Source of the DNA: a virus
DNA: 64,000 nucleotides
Reading direction: 5' to 3' (one strand)
IMG/VR virus record: IMGVR_UViG_3300032236_001244
Span: 3,583 to 67,582 of that record
Shown piece after piece: positions 20,501 through 29,648 of this stretch; position 1 is the first letter of the stretch; every line of letters starts with the position of its first letter. Below the pieces are notes generated by a model. It saw only the letters and a program-made list of their open reading frames with translations. It had not been told where the DNA came from and searched no databases. A program made the position numbers and the translations under genes.

Positions 20501-23500
20501 CGCCTGAACCTTGATGTAGTAATCAATTGTGTGACCGTTCCAAGTTGGGTTTGTGGTTCCGACCTTGGAATAAGTCGTTCCGTTGCTCGTTACGGAAACA
20601 AGGGTTACGGTGGTGTTCGTTGCCGTCGTGGTAGCAGTAAAAGTAAGCGTTGAGGTTAGGGCTGGGCTTCCAAAACTCGTCGGGTTGGCGCTAACGGTAA
20701 TTCGGTTATTGGTGGCGTCTACTGCGCTCAAATAGGTGGGCGAAGCCATGCCCGTACCCGTTACAACCGAGCCAGCGGAAGGAAGGACGCCAATTGCTGG
20801 CGTTCCTGCTGAAGCGGTGTACGAGCGTGACGAGTTGATAACCGTTTGAGCCGATTGACTGTTGGCGTAGTTGTACTTGTTGGTGAAGGTGTCACCGGCT
20901 GGCACAAATGCCGTTACATCATTTGAAAGCGTAACCGTTCCCAAGGAACCATTGGCGGTGTGCGAAGCAACCGTCGTGTTGGCTGGCACTCCGGTACCCG
21001 TAACCGTCTGACCCGTACCCAGCGAAGTCGGAACCGTGCTGGTCGCAATGTTTCGGGTGCTGAAAGTTCCGGTGCGAGAAGTGTCGCCCGTCAAGTAAAA
21101 GCGTGGAACCGAAATGCTCCGATACCGAACATTAGTCGGTAGGGAGTTGAGGTGAATTGGCGTGAAGTTCGCATGAGCGGATTGGGTTGCGCTCGCCAGC
21201 GTTAGTACTTGGTTGTATTGCGTCGTGCTTCCAGCAATCAACTGTTGGTCAATGCTGGTGACCTGTACAATCTCTGAACCGACACGAACGAAGAACGGAA
21301 CCGCTGGGGGCATTTCGCCCGTCATAGCAATTGGCAATGAGGTGACGCCCGAATTTACGCTTCCAATCAAGCGACCAAGTTCTGGTGGCAAGTAGGAAAT
21401 TCCGGCTTGGAAAACACTTGGGTAGGAAGTTCCAAATCCGCTGTTGTCAGCAATAGTCAGCGTTGAACCGCCAGCAATGGTTGCGCTGGTCAGGGTCGTA
21501 GCAATGTTTGGTTGCCCTTGGTTACCAGAAGCAAGCCAAGGTTGTCCAACGCCAATTTGGGTTTCAGCAATAACAGAAAGGTCGCTCGTCAAGTTTGAAG
21601 CGACAATTGCTGAAGTTGCCTTGTAATTGGTTTGTCCCGTGGTGCCGTCGTAAACATTGCTACCGTCGGGGGTGCCAAGAACGGGAGTATTTTTGGCGTG
21701 ATTTACCGAACTTGCTGAAGCGTAAATAAAGTTTGGCGAGTAAACGGGTTCGCCAGCAATGTGGTCGTATTGGAAAGATTGGTCGGTGTCAAGGAACCAA
21801 ATCATGGGCGCCTCGGTGGTGTCGCTTCCGTCCACGGTGCGACCAATTGATGTTCCGGTGTTTACCTGCGTGTTTGCTGGGCGAACAATACGCACCATTT
21901 CTTGCGTTTCGCCCGTTCCAATTACAACAATGCCACGCTGAACCGTGTCGTAAGTATTTGGGTAAATGACCCATGGGGTCAAGTTGGCAAAACCAGCGTA
22001 AGCAAGCGTGTCAAAGGTGTAGTTGCCGTATTGGTTTTTGTCGGTGCTAGACCAATTTCCAAGAACCGCAGTGTTTGGCAAAGGATTGGCTATGAAGGCT
22101 TGCGAGGTCTGAGCCGTAATGTCGGAAGCAAGCGTTGTTCCAATTGCTGAACCCAAGGAGTAAGGAATAACTACCTCTTGGTCGCCAACCGAGGTACTTC
22201 CAATGTATCGTCCGCCGGTAAGGTAGGAACCAGCAACGGTGTTGATGTCGTGCCAAGTAATTGGTGAACTTAAACCTACGACACCGGCTCCCGTACCCGT
22301 GGTGTTAATTGTGTCAATCGTGTTTCCGTCAAAGAACTGATTGTCGTATTGGTAAATGTAATTCTTGCTGTCACCATTGGCATAAGAAGAGTTGGAGTAT
22401 GTGTAGGTTCCAACACTGCTAAAAATTTCAAAAGTGTTATTGAGTGGATTGACCGAATAAACCTGCCACGACTTTTGACCGGAAGTTCCCTGTGTGAGGC
22501 GAATGTTAAATGGCGTCGCTTGGGTGGTGATACCCGAAGAACTGTCAAGCGTGATTGTCGTGTCGGTAAAGGCGGTGACATAGTGACCAGCGGTTCCGTA
22601 CCCACCAGCACTGATGTACTGACCAACCTTGATTGGAAGGTTCAATACACCGCCACCAGAAACGGTCAAAACCGCAGAACCAGCAACACTCGTGACACCA
22701 GCAATGCTGGGCGTATGACCCGTTACCGTCCAAGTCCAAGGAACCGTGCTACTCCAATACGGAGTGTAGTCATCACGGAAGGTAAGCGTTTGACCAGCAT
22801 AAATGTTGCTGACATCATCTACCGAAACCGTATAAGCGTTTGACCATTTGCTGTTCAAGGTCGCCTTGGCGTTAGCCAACTGACCGGCGCTTGGGGTTCC
22901 GTAGTTGTTTGTGTTGGCAATTGTAAAACTGCTTGTACTTGGTGAAGTTGCGACAACCCATGTTCCGTTATAGCCCGTTAAACCCGTCACATTTTCAATG
23001 GTGACTTTTTGCCCAACAACCAAACTGTCACTCGCAGTTCCAATCGTTACCGTCCACGCCGTTCCATTGGAAGTGATGTTGGTAATGGTGTATTGATACG
23101 CAGTTTCGTATGCGTCAATTGTGGTTGGCGTCATGTTTTTAAATTTGGCTACCGGCTGATTACGGTAGTGGGCAACATTGACGGGGAAAATTAAATCACG
23201 ACCGTAACGGGAGTGTAAATCGTCAGTCGGGGTGTAGACAGCGGAGTTTGCCGGAAATGAAAAGTTGGGAGTGAAGGCGTTTACCGAAAGCGTCGTTGTC
23301 GTAGCAGGGTTAAAAACGGTTCCGGAAGCAACCGTAACTTCTTGATAGTTATCACCATAAACCAGCGCAATTTTGTCTCCGGTGTTTACGGAGCCCAAAC
23401 CCCACCAATCTTGGTTGTAAATACTTAACGAAGAAACGGTGGAGCCTGCTGTAAGTCCCGTTCCCAGCATTACCTGACTTGGAACGGCGTAGTACGGGGT

Positions 23501-24772
23501 GGTGAAGTAGGAGCAATCGTACTGATTGGCTTCTTGGTTTAAACGAACCAATTGGTTGGTAAGCGTCGCACCATACGCCGTTACAAACGGGTCTGTGTAG
23601 ATTGCTGAAAGAGACGAGTAGGAACCTGCGGTTTGCGCCGTGTCAAGCGTCAAAACAGCATTGACGCCCGTACCCGTTATCGCCGTGATAATGGCATTGG
23701 TGAAACCAGCGCCCGAAATGGTTTGACCGACAGCCAAGCCATAGTTGGCTGGGTCGGAAAAAGCGGTTACGGTTACTTGGTAAAGGTTGCCAGAAGACAC
23801 AATTCCGTTAAAAACAACGGCTTGGTTAAGCGTACCAGGCAACGCACGAGCAGTAGTCGTGCCAGCAACCGTTAGGTCGGTGGTGATGACGGTGTTGCCA
23901 CCCGAAATGCCGGTAATTTTTCCGGCGTACCAACCCACAGCAGAGTTGCCGTACAAACTGTGCGAAACAAAAGTGGTGATACCAGAGCCATTTGTTACAA
24001 CGGTAACTGTTTGACCCACCGCAAAAGAAGCGTTGGCTGAAGAAAGCGTTATTGCCGTTGATGATGTTCCAACGACAACTTTGGAAACAAGACCTGCGTT
24101 GGCGGTGAAGTCGGGCAAAAGGTTTGTAAGTTGAGCGAGCGCCTCGTCTGAACCACAGGCGTTTACATACCAATTAGAAGCGCCACCGTTGAGGTTGTCC
24201 GGAGTTGGAACATTTACATTCCCATAAGTATCCGTGTATTGCGGTGCTTCCAAGGAAGTTGAAATGCTGTTTACATTGTTTGGAAAAGCAAGAGCCAAAT
24301 TGCTGTTGTCTTGGGCAAAAGGCTTGGTAGGGATTAGACCAGCGTTGCGAACCGACGACCATTCGCTTTTTCCGTTGTCCGTGGTGATTGCGTTAAAAGA
24401 AAAAGCAGGATAGCCAGACTTTTGACCTTCCAAAGCAACAAAAGCGTCGCCGTTGGAGAAACCGCTGATGTCATTGACATAGGCGGAAGTTTCGCCTATT
24501 TGCGCTTGAGGAACACCAGACACAATTCCCGTGTTTCGGGCGCCGAGAGATTGCTTAGTCAGGTACGACCAGCCCTTCATAAGACGGCTTAAATCTTCAA
24601 CATTCGCAGCGTAATAACCAGAGGTTGAGCCGGAAGTTGGTGAAAGAACGGTTCCTACCGAAAGTTTGGTGAGGTCATTGAGCGCCGTCTCTTGGGCGCT
24701 GGCGTTTACTATTTCCCAATAAGGATTGCTGTTTGCGTTTGAGTAGTCGGGGTTCGCAAAGTACGCTTTCAT
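14522..24772 (-). CDS. Giant (3416 aa) T/S/G-rich tail protein
   Basis: Directly downstream of the tape measure; repeated beta-rich modules; C-terminus like actinophage minor tail proteins. Confidence 0.85.
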   Translation of the reverse strand: MKAYFANPDYSNANSNPYWEIVNASAQETALNDLTKLSVGTVLSPTSGSTSGYYAANVEDLSRLMKGWSYLTKQSLGARNTGIVSGVPQAQIGETSAYVNDISGFSNGDAFVALEGQKSGYPAFSFNAITTDNGKSEWSSVRNAGLIPTKPFAQDNSNLALAFPNNVNSISTSLEAPQYTDTYGNVNVPTPDNLNGGASNWYVNACGSDEALAQLTNLLPDFTANAGLVSKVVVGTSSTAITLSSANASFAVGQTVTVVTNGSGITTFVSHSLYGNSAVGWYAGKITGISGGNTVITTDLTVAGTTTARALPGTLNQAVVFNGIVSSGNLYQVTVTAFSDPANYGLAVGQTISGAGFTNAIITAITGTGVNAVLTLDTAQTAGSYSSLSAIYTDPFVTAYGATLTNQLVRLNQEANQYDCSYFTTPYYAVPSQVMLGTGLTAGSTVSSLSIYNQDWWGLGSVNTGDKIALVYGDNYQEVTVASGTVFNPATTTTLSVNAFTPNFSFPANSAVYTPTDDLHSRYGRDLIFPVNVAHYRNQPVAKFKNMTPTTIDAYETAYQYTITNITSNGTAWTVTIGTASDSLVVGQKVTIENVTGLTGYNGTWVVATSPSTSSFTIANTNNYGTPSAGQLANAKATLNSKWSNAYTVSVDDVSNIYAGQTLTFRDDYTPYWSSTVPWTWTVTGHTPSIAGVTSVAGSAVLTVSGGGVLNLPIKVGQYISAGGYGTAGHYVTAFTDTTITLDSSSGITTQATPFNIRLTQGTSGQKSWQVYSVNPLNNTFEIFSSVGTYTYSNSSYANGDSKNYIYQYDNQFFDGNTIDTINTTGTGAGVVGLSSPITWHDINTVAGSYLTGGRYIGSTSVGDQEVVIPYSLGSAIGTTLASDITAQTSQAFIANPLPNTAVLGNWSSTDKNQYGNYTFDTLAYAGFANLTPWVIYPNTYDTVQRGIVVIGTGETQEMVRIVRPANTQVNTGTSIGRTVDGSDTTEAPMIWFLDTDQSFQYDHIAGEPVYSPNFIYASASSVNHAKNTPVLGTPDGSNVYDGTTGQTNYKATSAIVASNLTSDLSVIAETQIGVGQPWLASGNQGQPNIATTLTSATIAGGSTLTIADNSGFGTSYPSVFQAGISYLPPELGRLIGSVNSGVTSLPIAMTGEMPPAVPFFVRVGSEIVQVTSIDQQLIAGSTTQYNQVLTLASATQSAHANFTPIHLNSLPTNVRYRSISVPRFYLTGDTSRTGTFSTRNIATSTVPTSLGTGQTVTGTGVPANTTVASHTANGSLGTVTLSNDVTAFVPAGDTFTNKYNYANSQSAQTVINSSRSYTASAGTPAIGVLPSAGSVVTGTGMASPTYLSAVDATNNRITVSANPTSFGSPALTSTLTFTATTTATNTTVTLVSVTSNGTTYSKVGTTNPTWNGHTIDYYIKVQAPITTASGGGIAGRYVASVSASAGTFVVSGTTTGITAATGATITSAIGFTADTGRSIIVPYANNTEIDKLFTTGVTVSDNASNAYIQSGTTITTVQPAGAGGNTYEVLLNKAIATTTPWSSQTVTLSNTFTGTTIVGNTITAMPSVANLTVGAVVSGNPYIPAGATITAVGSSSITLSQNLTNTTPQTSQSFTVAGNLATGNTYNSFSTTPLPCYIPSGTTLNIMFGDYKQTLTTSANANAGDTSIAVNSFVPRYNYLATSTTNGVPVNADGSYALGAVIGVGLANDLSPNQVLILSANSDPTKTLQITTAGYTRKDAITIEVEPFVPNYAFDGQTVGFSFTASTTVFSNTITLSGSVSGLTVGQQVFSNDLIQTQSYFVKSISGTTVVLSGFANTTNASSTFSVYSTLFTSSYPMALGSGTTQEIVYPISTPASANGYYTVNLSEPTVYQHNSGESLVYYKYPSSLQIGDTTYRPELDKFVMFDGQSWRTARINNVQGIYSILGAVNGGDLSNITLIDPTTGKETAPDTFTGSSSTSFSNYFGGSRSVDPSGNEWTAESVSRAQFHFKVKVPQGKSVAYRSIALRAEFKSAPTVSSIHFSPSDNLIISPDTTNSIFWNYSDMDNEPQTGWEVKIFDDFTYNLADFSPDQSTPVWNSSGNDNGSEVSLVLTDANGNTISPWVNGQTYWVFVRVAKQFHQKQWWGDWQNKSLIVTTKQPSAPIMSIYADGTNAVNTLVVQSTDNLLGANNGGFAGGLGQWGVTSNDTTSTTVKALIGGNALSSPLTQNVIINSLPIGSVGYVLTQGALSGTGLGTFKVSGSASKASDALGFPTSGKFWVTIGTEKILVTNNMDGNNNGDTFTIVTRGYKGTTATSHAVGSTVTFGLQDDLYVGSTATIDWKHQVTTNWTTTSPSVVRWSNGGSPAVSAPVNGQLVVYTQTQGADKDNTNHCIVYDPNRLLSKKDIGSTVVLQFNHWRVAGGANQISADGTTVTQTTAKTLDLAHTIGPATVEMVISGVTDVWDTTAHNATTLTAGYTNKQIAGSKSLPVSQLSVNKSLSNLSIQMDSANACVSLNYIPEGTQLILATDSFQDPIKNKTITPPWLYVTLTKAWHKGDSTINIKPIGVAHGWQVGDGSSFIIPANTMIGYKPPVQYTGRKIVHFKGKYTDKKGFSHQKLQNGDYLWVKKTRTTPAVAPTSSGQYTRTVVTPHSKTTDVDTQQSVVVDFVTQPTTATGGVIGNLTGTTFTANTTQSTFNALFFASDPGSVTGSLVTAIGLSPNTTVLGKTSVTGGYAITFSDNTGAQISGATQYSSATGGTGTTPSSPILTNISATFTPYANMVIPAGSTSIPVKPFSPKLSFPAYTPVRFQYPTIFGENVLLADPTTGTGTGTDIAEISTYPTNWSITDQNPILVNAGTTYGLAGFSKVITGTGTPTFAPRIDWYDEIGNLLKSSYGNQSLGANGHTAGATNSVTIGAPLNTTTSAWGQGWTPVAMVATAPLNQVIGTTTNFTSLSTSTGTFTIGGSGVTIPLNAGTVLYNSQGVAFTTTSAVSVNATSVPVRFIDGLVVPTNNTLTISATRAVCSFQWKYANSGDAYGLSGVMFKALTVPTLSANNSVASTEIPTLGTSITVSPNHAVSSFSVPATTPIAGSDSLYVFDPVGDFGTREVHYGSGNNTLWTNTLSAIKAGDTTITLASIAGLGVGSQLTIEYQGSNAETITVSPSWTGGNTVTVSAPGFTKAHASGVRVYSLTAGLGDELQTSQSAGTPVAVFNWGEDGYIGASHSSYTYRIERSEDNGLTWTTLRNGASVIADKSGKATITDYEAIPNKVTYYRATASLTSDPTANNYTIGGVTTQPTLAPNLTSATWWLASTSDDTLRYPMIVKTGYTDTQKHPAGVFYPLGSSRPITLSGIVQGRDGSITVVWTDNANFDNFMSLVNKGETLILTNPVESTRMYIFINQDVSIVHNAAASPYREITINYVEAAPPNFGYTYGS

Positions 24773-24808
24773 AAGGCTCCGTACCGATACTATCCGAGTT
24801 TTGGAAAA

Positions 24809-27265
24809 TTACCTACCCATTGACTTCAAGGTGCGGTGAAGTTCTTTGAACTGCGCTTCAACATGGGTCTTGATTTGAGCCGTAGTCGCAGCGTCAGCAT
24901 TGCCGTGAATGACAATGTTTACGGCGTTGGGGTGAACATTGAGGGTGTTTCCGCCACGGTTGTTCATGCCCTTCAGTTGGTTAGCGGTCAGCACAGCCTC
25001 GCCAGCCTGAAGAATGGCTGGGACTTCACGCCCAGCAAGACCAGGCACGATACCGCCGTTGTGACGCTTTACGGGGGTCTTGGGGTTGCCACCAATGTGT
25101 TGAATGGTGCTGATGTGGACTGCCGAGCCAAGACCTGGTATCCAGCCGGTGGCGTCGTTCCAAATACGAACAAGCAGATTTACTGCGTCAATAAACCCAT
25201 TGACCAAACCGTTCCAAATGGTCTTTCCAAGATTGGTGATTGAGCGCCATAGCCCCATAAACAAACCAACAAGCCAATTAATACCAGCCGAGATTTTGTC
25301 CCACACCCACTTGAAACCTTCGTAAACGCCCTTCCATGCCAACTTCGCAGCGTCTACGATTGTGTTCCAAACGGCTTTCATTATTGTGACAAAACCCTTC
25401 CAATGCTTGACTAGCAAGTAAATAAGGGCAGCAATAGCAGCCACAATTGCGGTGATTGCCAAGACGATTGGGTTTGCCATGATAAAAGCAAACATTGTGG
25501 AGAGTGCCGGAATAATCGTTTCGGTGATTACCGTCACAAAAGCGGTTCCAACGGTGCGAATAATCATAATGAAGTTTGACCCAAACGCTTTGACCAAGGA
25601 GCCAGCCTTGCTGAGCGCCGAGCCAAACTTGCCTATGTACTGTTCCGCTTTAAGGAAGAAGGCGCCAAACTGTGAACCAAAACCACCACGCTGGGCAAGG
25701 ACGCCAGCCAACTTACTGACAATGTTGCCACCCGTGCTGATTTTTGACATCAACATAATTTCTTTTAGCGCCTTAAACTTTCCAATCAATCCGGTAACCA
25801 TTTCTGAAGCCATGGTGATTGGCGTAAGGAAAAGTTTGCGAGTGAACCATACTGCTGCGAGGGCAACCAGCACCGGCTTAAGAGGCCCTAGATTTTGGAC
25901 AATCTTGGTAATGCCCGTTAGCAACATGGTGATGAGCGGAGCAAGACCCCTCACAAGTTCGGCAAAAACCTTGACAAGGTACACAATGTCCGGAAGGGCA
26001 GCGACCAGCAGTGGTGTTAATGCGATTAACAACTTTGCGGTAGCGGTTGCCAAATCTGGAAGGATTGGTGCGAGGGTTACAAATGCCTGAACAAGGTTGT
26101 TCATCAACTCGCCAAGTTTGCCGTTCTTAGCCATGTCATTGAAGGACTGAGCAATGCTGTTTACAGCCTTCATGAGGTTGGCGTTAATGGCGTCTCCAAT
26201 CTTTTGGAAGATAAGAGCGAGGGGGCCTAACTTGTCTTTGGTACCCACCAACTTTTCAAACGCCTTGGAAAGTGGCGTTAATACAGCCTCTACCAACTTA
26301 ACAAGTGGCGTAATGATGTTAAGAAGGGCAGGAATGACCGAGTTGGTCATCAGGGTAAACAACGGAATAAGGTCTTTAAAGATGTTACCGAGTGCTGAAC
26401 CGAGGGTTGAAGCAACGGTCGCAATGGTGGTTCCCATGAACTGAAGAACCGGCATAAGAGCCTTGACGGGCTCAATAATTGCCTTAGCCAACTCATCAAG
26501 AATTGGTAGCAAACCCAATCCAAGCGACTGCCATACGAGCGCCACTTCGTTCTTCAGCAAGTCCACGGGGCTCTGGGCAGCGGCAGCAATTCCCTGCGTG
26601 TGCTTTCCAATTAACTGAATGGTCAAGTCCTGAGCCTTCAGCAAACCACCCGACTTTTCCAAAGCCTTAATACGGGCTTGTTCGGCTTGCGACAACTGAA
26701 AGCCCATGCGCCTCATTGAAGACATTGACTTTGCTGGGTCAGCCAGCATTCGGGTCAGCATTCGGGTGGTTGAGGTTATGTTGCCACCCGTAATCTCGGC
26801 AATGTTAGCAGCGTCGCTCAAAACGGTTTTCATTCCGTTCTTCATACTGCTGGTCATGGTCACCAAGTCCTGATTGGACATGATGAAAGTTTGCGCCTGA
26901 ACGATTGAAGCCTTATTAATACCGTTCTGGAGCGACAACTCCGTTGCCATGTTGTCAAGTCGCTGTGAGTACCAACGAGTTGCGTTGGCGTCACCCGTCA
27001 ATTGGTATTGCTTTTGAATACCTTGGTTCTTGATAAGTTGCGACTGAACCTTTTGAAGGTTTACAAGTTTGGAAGCACTGTCTACAGCCTGCTCAATACC
27101 GACGCCGACCGCTGTTAAGCCAATGGTTGTCTTAAGGAAGTTGCTTACATGAAAGAAGGACTGCTTGACTTTGCCAGCAGTAATTTCCGCAATGCGCTCA
27201 ACATCAGACATTGACGATTTGAAGTTGGAGACATCACCTAGAACCTTTACTCTGATGTTGCTCAT
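24809..27265 (-). CDS. Tape measure protein
   Basis: Follows the frameshifted chaperone; amphipathic/W-periodic repeats; HNGGIVPG..EVPAILQAGE C-terminus. Confidence 0.92.
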   Translation of the reverse strand: MSNIRVKVLGDVSNFKSSMSDVERIAEITAGKVKQSFFHVSNFLKTTIGLTAVGVGIEQAVDSASKLVNLQKVQSQLIKNQGIQKQYQLTGDANATRWYSQRLDNMATELSLQNGINKASIVQAQTFIMSNQDLVTMTSSMKNGMKTVLSDAANIAEITGGNITSTTRMLTRMLADPAKSMSSMRRMGFQLSQAEQARIKALEKSGGLLKAQDLTIQLIGKHTQGIAAAAQSPVDLLKNEVALVWQSLGLGLLPILDELAKAIIEPVKALMPVLQFMGTTIATVASTLGSALGNIFKDLIPLFTLMTNSVIPALLNIITPLVKLVEAVLTPLSKAFEKLVGTKDKLGPLALIFQKIGDAINANLMKAVNSIAQSFNDMAKNGKLGELMNNLVQAFVTLAPILPDLATATAKLLIALTPLLVAALPDIVYLVKVFAELVRGLAPLITMLLTGITKIVQNLGPLKPVLVALAAVWFTRKLFLTPITMASEMVTGLIGKFKALKEIMLMSKISTGGNIVSKLAGVLAQRGGFGSQFGAFFLKAEQYIGKFGSALSKAGSLVKAFGSNFIMIIRTVGTAFVTVITETIIPALSTMFAFIMANPIVLAITAIVAAIAALIYLLVKHWKGFVTIMKAVWNTIVDAAKLAWKGVYEGFKWVWDKISAGINWLVGLFMGLWRSITNLGKTIWNGLVNGFIDAVNLLVRIWNDATGWIPGLGSAVHISTIQHIGGNPKTPVKRHNGGIVPGLAGREVPAILQAGEAVLTANQLKGMNNRGGNTLNVHPNAVNIVIHGNADAATTAQIKTHVEAQFKELHRTLKSMGR

Positions 27266-27287
27266 TTCTCACCGCCTTTCTCTAATG

Positions 27288-27491
27288 CTATCCGCCGTTT
27301 TGCGCCTCTCTCATTGCTTGCTCTTGCTCGTAAGCCCGTAACTTCCAAACTGCTTGCCACTCCACTACCTCTAACGAGGAAATGGGGCGGTGTGCTGGGG
27401 AGCCTTCTAGTAACTCGCCAACGGTACGACCTAACTTCTCTGCTAGTTCAAAGAGGAAGCGACGGTCGGGGTTGGCGAGAAATCTTTTCCC
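27288..27491 (-). other. -1 programmed frameshift extension (gpGT-like)
   Basis: G GGA AAA at 27491-27485; -1 frame reads RFLANPDRRFLFELAEKLGRTVGELL...EWQAVW to TAG at 27288. Confidence 0.85.
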
Positions 27492-27829
27492 ATTTCGTCC
27501 ACGGCGTCCTCGGTCATACCGCTCAACTTCATTGCGATACTCGCAATGGTTTCTACGGCGGCTGCTGACTTTGCCATAAGAGCGTCACGGTCGCCCTCGT
27601 TGAATACCTGCTCGCCCGTGTCGGGGTCAAAGGTACACAGAATTACGAGGTCGGGGAGAACTTCGTTCAGGTTGAACTCTCCGTTTGCTGATACAGCGTT
27701 AGCAATCATCTTGGAGCGAGCCTTGGCGGTCATTGACTTGACCATAACGCTCACGCCCCACTGCTTGACTTCAACGAGTTCGCTCTCAATGTCGTCAGCA
27801 GCGAAGATGATGTTTGAAAGATTTGACAT
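27443..27829 (-). CDS. Tail assembly chaperone (gpG-like)
   Basis: Between tail tube and tape measure; GGGAAAA slippery site near the 3' end. Confidence 0.88.
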   Translation of the reverse strand: MSNLSNIIFAADDIESELVEVKQWGVSVMVKSMTAKARSKMIANAVSANGEFNLNEVLPDLVILCTFDPDTGEQVFNEGDRDALMAKSAAAVETIASIAMKLSGMTEDAVDEMGKDFSPTPTVASSLN

Positions 27830-27877
27830 CTGGTGTTGTTTCTCCTAACTAGGGTTTACCTAGAGTGTAGTCGCTAA

Positions 27878-28558
27878 TTAGAGAGAAGAACGAGTAACCG
27901 CACCCGTGACCTGAAGTTCAGCGTCAAAGGTGATAACACCCGAAACAGACGACTTGAGGTCGTACTTGGTAAGAATGGCGTTACCGTAGTACTTGACCGA
28001 AGCGTTGGCGGTTGAGCCCGTCTGGAACGCACCAGGGTCGCTGACGCCGTACACAAACGGCACAAAGTTGCCAGCGGTGTTCTGGTAAGTCTCAATGTCA
28101 GCCATAACCTTGTCAATACCCGTGGCGGTGCCGTCGTAGTGACCGGAGAAGGTGACCGTGTAGGACTTCAGACCCACAATGAAGGTCTTAACGCCAGCCT
28201 GCGAGAACGAGGTCGTTTCGGCGCTCTCAATGGCGGTTGGGAAGCCAATGTCGTTGATGTAGGGCGACAAGTTCACCATGGGAAGGCAAATGCCCGAAGA
28301 AACCACCTGCGAGGTAAGAAGCGTCGCAGCCGTCGTGCTGGGCGCACCGGCAACAACAAGGGGAATACCGCTCACAAACAGACCGTAGGTGCTGGCACCA
28401 ATGGCAGGCTCGCCAGAGATGTTCGCATTACCGTTGGTGATTACCAGCGAGGTCGTCGCTACCGTACCCGAAGTCGCAGCCGTTGCGAGGGTTGAGGTCG
28501 TGTCATAGCCGACAGCAAGAAATGAATTCTTACCGTGCTGGAAAATTGGGGTAGCCAT
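27878..28558 (-). CDS. Major tail (tube) protein, paralog 2
   Basis: HGKN, ETTSF..GVKTFIVGL, TKYDLKSSVSGV..FDAELQVTG. Confidence 0.82.
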   Translation of the reverse strand: MATPIFQHGKNSFLAVGYDTTSTLATAATSGTVATTSLVITNGNANISGEPAIGASTYGLFVSGIPLVVAGAPSTTAATLLTSQVVSSGICLPMVNLSPYINDIGFPTAIESAETTSFSQAGVKTFIVGLKSYTVTFSGHYDGTATGIDKVMADIETYQNTAGNFVPFVYGVSDPGAFQTGSTANASVKYYGNAILTKYDLKSSVSGVITFDAELQVTGAVTRSSL

Positions 28559-28571
28559 TATGGTTCCTTCC

Positions 28572-29324
28572 TTAGTATCGGGCGAACCCGAAGTAGATTG
28601 TCGCTGAATTGCTGGTTGAGCCCAGCGGATAATACAGTCTTGTGTACTGCTTAATTGTACCCGTCAAAACCAAAACGCTGGTTCCGACGGAAGTTACAGG
28701 GGTGCCGAGGTCTACCCACGAAACGCCGTCATCAGAGTGCTGAAGGCGAGCCGAGATAGTTCCCGAAAGCGTAAGAAGTCCAATAACAACCAATCCACCA
28801 TTGTTGGTGGAAGAGGTGTGCGCCCGTGCTGGGGTCGCAAGGGTCGTGGAGCCGGTCGCAATGGACGAAGGAATGTATTGACCCTTGCCGTGCCAAACGC
28901 CACCGTCGGCTTGAATTTCGGCGTCAATAGCAACAACACCGGAAACGGGCGACTTCAGGTCGTACTTGGTTTCCAATCCACGAGCCATGTAGCAACGGGC
29001 GTCGGGATAGGTCGTGCTGGTTGCTGTTCCACCGTCAGGAAAAGCCACCACAGCGTCGTCCTTGTCGCTGGCAAAGGCTTCGTTCATGATTGCGTCAATA
29101 CCCGTTGCTGAACCTTCGTACATACCGGACATTGAAAGGGTGCCTTCGCTCAAGCCGACAATGTAGGTCTTGACGCCACCGTTTTGGAAAGCGGTGGTTT
29201 CGGTCGCTTCGGTCGCACGGCTAATTCCGAGGTCGTTAAAGAAGGGCGAAAGGTCGTAAGTGGTGTTTGCCGTGGGGTTGGCAAAAAGAACCCGTGTGTT
29301 CTTACCGTGAAGGAAAGTGGGCAT
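28572..29324 (-). CDS. Major tail (tube) protein, paralog 1, with C-terminal extension
   Basis: HGKN, ETTAF..GVKTYIVGL, TKYDLKSPVSGV..IDAEIQADG. Confidence 0.8.
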   Translation of the reverse strand: MPTFLHGKNTRVLFANPTANTTYDLSPFFNDLGISRATEATETTAFQNGGVKTYIVGLSEGTLSMSGMYEGSATGIDAIMNEAFASDKDDAVVAFPDGGTATSTTYPDARCYMARGLETKYDLKSPVSGVVAIDAEIQADGGVWHGKGQYIPSSIATGSTTLATPARAHTSSTNNGGLVVIGLLTLSGTISARLQHSDDGVSWVDLGTPVTSVGTSVLVLTGTIKQYTRLYYPLGSTSNSATIYFGFARY

Positions 29325-29539
29325 TAGTTAGCCACTTCCTCGCTGGGTGCTGAAGCGTCGCTCTGGGCAGGGGCTTCAAACGGGGCGTCGGAAGGAATGA
29401 TGTAGCCGTCGGCAAGCAACCAAGAAATGCTCTCACCAGGCAGGTCGCTGACAACGCTACCCATTGGGGCAGTCTTGCCCGAGTAGGTGATGTCAGACTT
29501 GTCGGTGACAAGGTACGATTGCGTCTGTGCCTTAGCCAT
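29324..29539 (-). CDS. Small virion-module protein
   Basis: SD GAAAGG before MAKAQTQ; WLLADGYI. Confidence 0.6.
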   Translation of the reverse strand: MAKAQTQSYLVTDKSDITYSGKTAPMGSVVSDLPGESISWLLADGYIIPSDAPFEAPAQSDASAPSEEVAN

Positions 29540-29590
29540 GTATACCTTTCCAAGTACGATTGGGCTTACTACCCAAAAATCGTACCATTG

Positions 29591-29629
29591 AAAAACAAAA
29601 ACTCCCCCTCTTACGAAGGGGAGTGTTTG
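29591..29629 (-). terminator. Intrinsic terminator
   Basis: ACTCCCC/GGGGAGT stem followed by a T-tract on the - strand. Confidence 0.7.
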
Positions 29630-29648
29630 CTGGTTTTGTGCTGAACGA

